From Eledone cirrhosa (lineage: Eukaryota), in contig OZ024741.1 in NCBI GenBank assembly GCA_964016885.1, forward strand, positions 268,026,001 to 268,090,000: a DNA stretch of 64,000 nucleotides, written 5' to 3'. Shown here in pieces: positions 62,006 to 64,000 of this stretch (position 1 is its first letter; each line of letters begins with the position of its first letter). The position numbers were made by a program, and so were the translations under genes. The notes beneath the pieces are model-generated. The model was not told the origin of the DNA. It saw nothing but the letters and a program-made list of their open reading frames with translations, and did no database searches.

Positions 62006-64000
62006 TTTAAGATAGTGAACAACAGCCAAGCAAGAAAAATAACAATATTTATTTATCTGTCAATCGTGTGTTGTTATTTATAAAGGTAAATAAACCACTG
62101 ATTTAAAAGAATGTAAAATAAAATACAGCAAGAAGAAAAAGATGTGGGAAAGAGGTGGTAGTGGTGATGGTGGCTTGAAAATTATGAAAGTCAAGGAAAG
62201 CCCGCCAATTCAAGCATCTTCAGATAAAATGTAATCAAGGAATTATTAAATTAAACAATTTTTTTTACATCTTTGATGGGTACTATGATAGTATATATAA
62301 ACTCACATACACACAGAGACACACACACACACACATTGAAATGTCCAAGACCCCCCAATAGACAACTGATGAAAGGAAATTTTCTCCAGTTCTTGCTTTC
62401 CTCTTTTTATAAGTACACCTTATCTAGCAACGACACAGCCCGTTTATTCTTAAATTTGTATATATATAAAAATATATTTTAAAATGTGTGATTAAAATAC
62501 CATAATATTTAAAACAGTAACTGATTGAGTACTCAATACTGGTGTGAAAAATGTAGAAATTTATTTTCTCAGTAGAAAAGTAGCAGTGATTTCAATCAAA
62601 GTTGATCACTTCATTTGTTTATTAAAACACACACACACACACACACAGACACACACACACACGCACGCGCGCGCGCGCGCGATCATCATCATCATTGTTT
62701 AATTTCATTTTTTTTTTCCTGGCCTATGTGTAGATTGTGTGTGTGTGTTTATATGTTTTCTTGTTGATACTACTTAAACAATTAGTGCTGTTTGTTTATT
62801 TCCTGTGTAAACAATATGTCCCAGAGTATAGCAATTCGATGAGTGAAGATCCATGGAAGAATTACCACATTTAGAAACGAGCAAGGTTTGTCATCAGGAA
62901 AAGCATCCGGCCATAAAATACTGCTGCTTCAAGAAGTTTCATACAACCTATCTGGTCATCCAGCCTCATGGCAATGGTTCACTATACTTTTCCATCTGTT
63001 TCTGCCTCTAGCAAGGATTGCTACTTGAAACCAGTTTGTGCCATACCTGCACAGGTCATCTTTTAGATTGGATCTCCAGGTCTACTTTAGTCTACTCTTT
63101 AGTCTTTTCATTGAAAACAATGATGGTGATGAAGTGCTGCTATTTGTACAGGTAAACTATATCATCTGATTGTATCTAATTACGGCTAGTGGTGGACTAG
63201 GTGGACATATAGAGTTAAGAGGCTTGGTTATCATAACAATAGATTGAGAGTTTCATGTTTTAAACAGTAAATCTTTTACTATATATAATACTACGTTGAG
63301 GTATTTATTCCAGTTCTTTACTCTCTGAGTTCCAATTCTGCTGAGGTCAACGTTATCTTTCATTCTTTTAGGGTTGATGAAATAGTGTGCCAGTTCAGGG
63401 AAGTCAATTAGTGAACTTTTTCACGCATTGGACGAGATTACCTCATGGTATTTGTGCCGGCTCTTTGCATTCTGAGTTAAAATCTCACTGTGGCCAACAT
63501 GGGAGGTAGACTTAATTTGTTACCCAGTTTAACACCACCACTTGTCTCTTAAGTGCCTTTAGGGAAGTCCACTCTGTTGCAAGCATATGGGCCAAGTCCC
63601 CAGTCTGAAGACATCTTCGTCCCTCTCTCCCACCGGTCTCAGAGACCCTGAAAAAGGTCATGGGTTCTGTCTTTCTTGTCTTGTTTAAACAGTTAAAAAA
63701 TAAAAGATCAAATAAACGACCATGCTATTGAATAGGCCAGCTGTGATTTTCTCTTACTTCGGAGGTTCTTCAAGGGCTGGAAAAGAAAGGAGATAACAAC
63801 TTCAATGTTGGTTGAATAGTATTTCAAGTGCTGACATTTATATCAATTTTATAAAAAATACATTTTAGTTATATATCCTTCTTAAAACTGGCATAAATGG
63901 GGACAAGGTAGTTGGGGGAGAGGGGAGAAAAAACAGATGCGAAATAGATTAGTAAATAAAAACCAGCAAATAGTGAAAATATTGCAGATGTTAGAAAAAA

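Overview
AT-rich, microsatellite-dense eukaryotic DNA with no complete gene. The repeat repertoire suggests an octopus/coleoid genome; this is inferred, not verified. Most long entries in the ORF track are artefacts of (TA)n/(TG)n/(CT)n repeats. Recognisable content is mainly transposon remains: RTE, CR1-like, R4/Dong-like and CRE-like LINE fragments, a decayed Gypsy integrase, Penelope-like (Naiad-type) fragments, several SINE families, piggyBac/hAT/pogo-type MITEs, a mariner remnant and tandem non-autonomous Helitrons. One plausible host exon (51743-51886, minus) encodes a signal-peptide-like N-terminus. The main unannotated signal is about 13 type I hammerhead-ribozyme motifs, read by eye, from several unrelated sequence families. 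They sit in short cassettes bounded by (TA)n, often as head-to-head fold-backs that place a hammerhead on each strand. They include a U3-A8 compensatory core variant with a long stem I, motifs with greatly enlarged stem II, and one plus-strand motif whose two halves enclose an antisense hammerhead. Local inverted duplications centred on (TA)n also affect SINE and non-repeat sequence.
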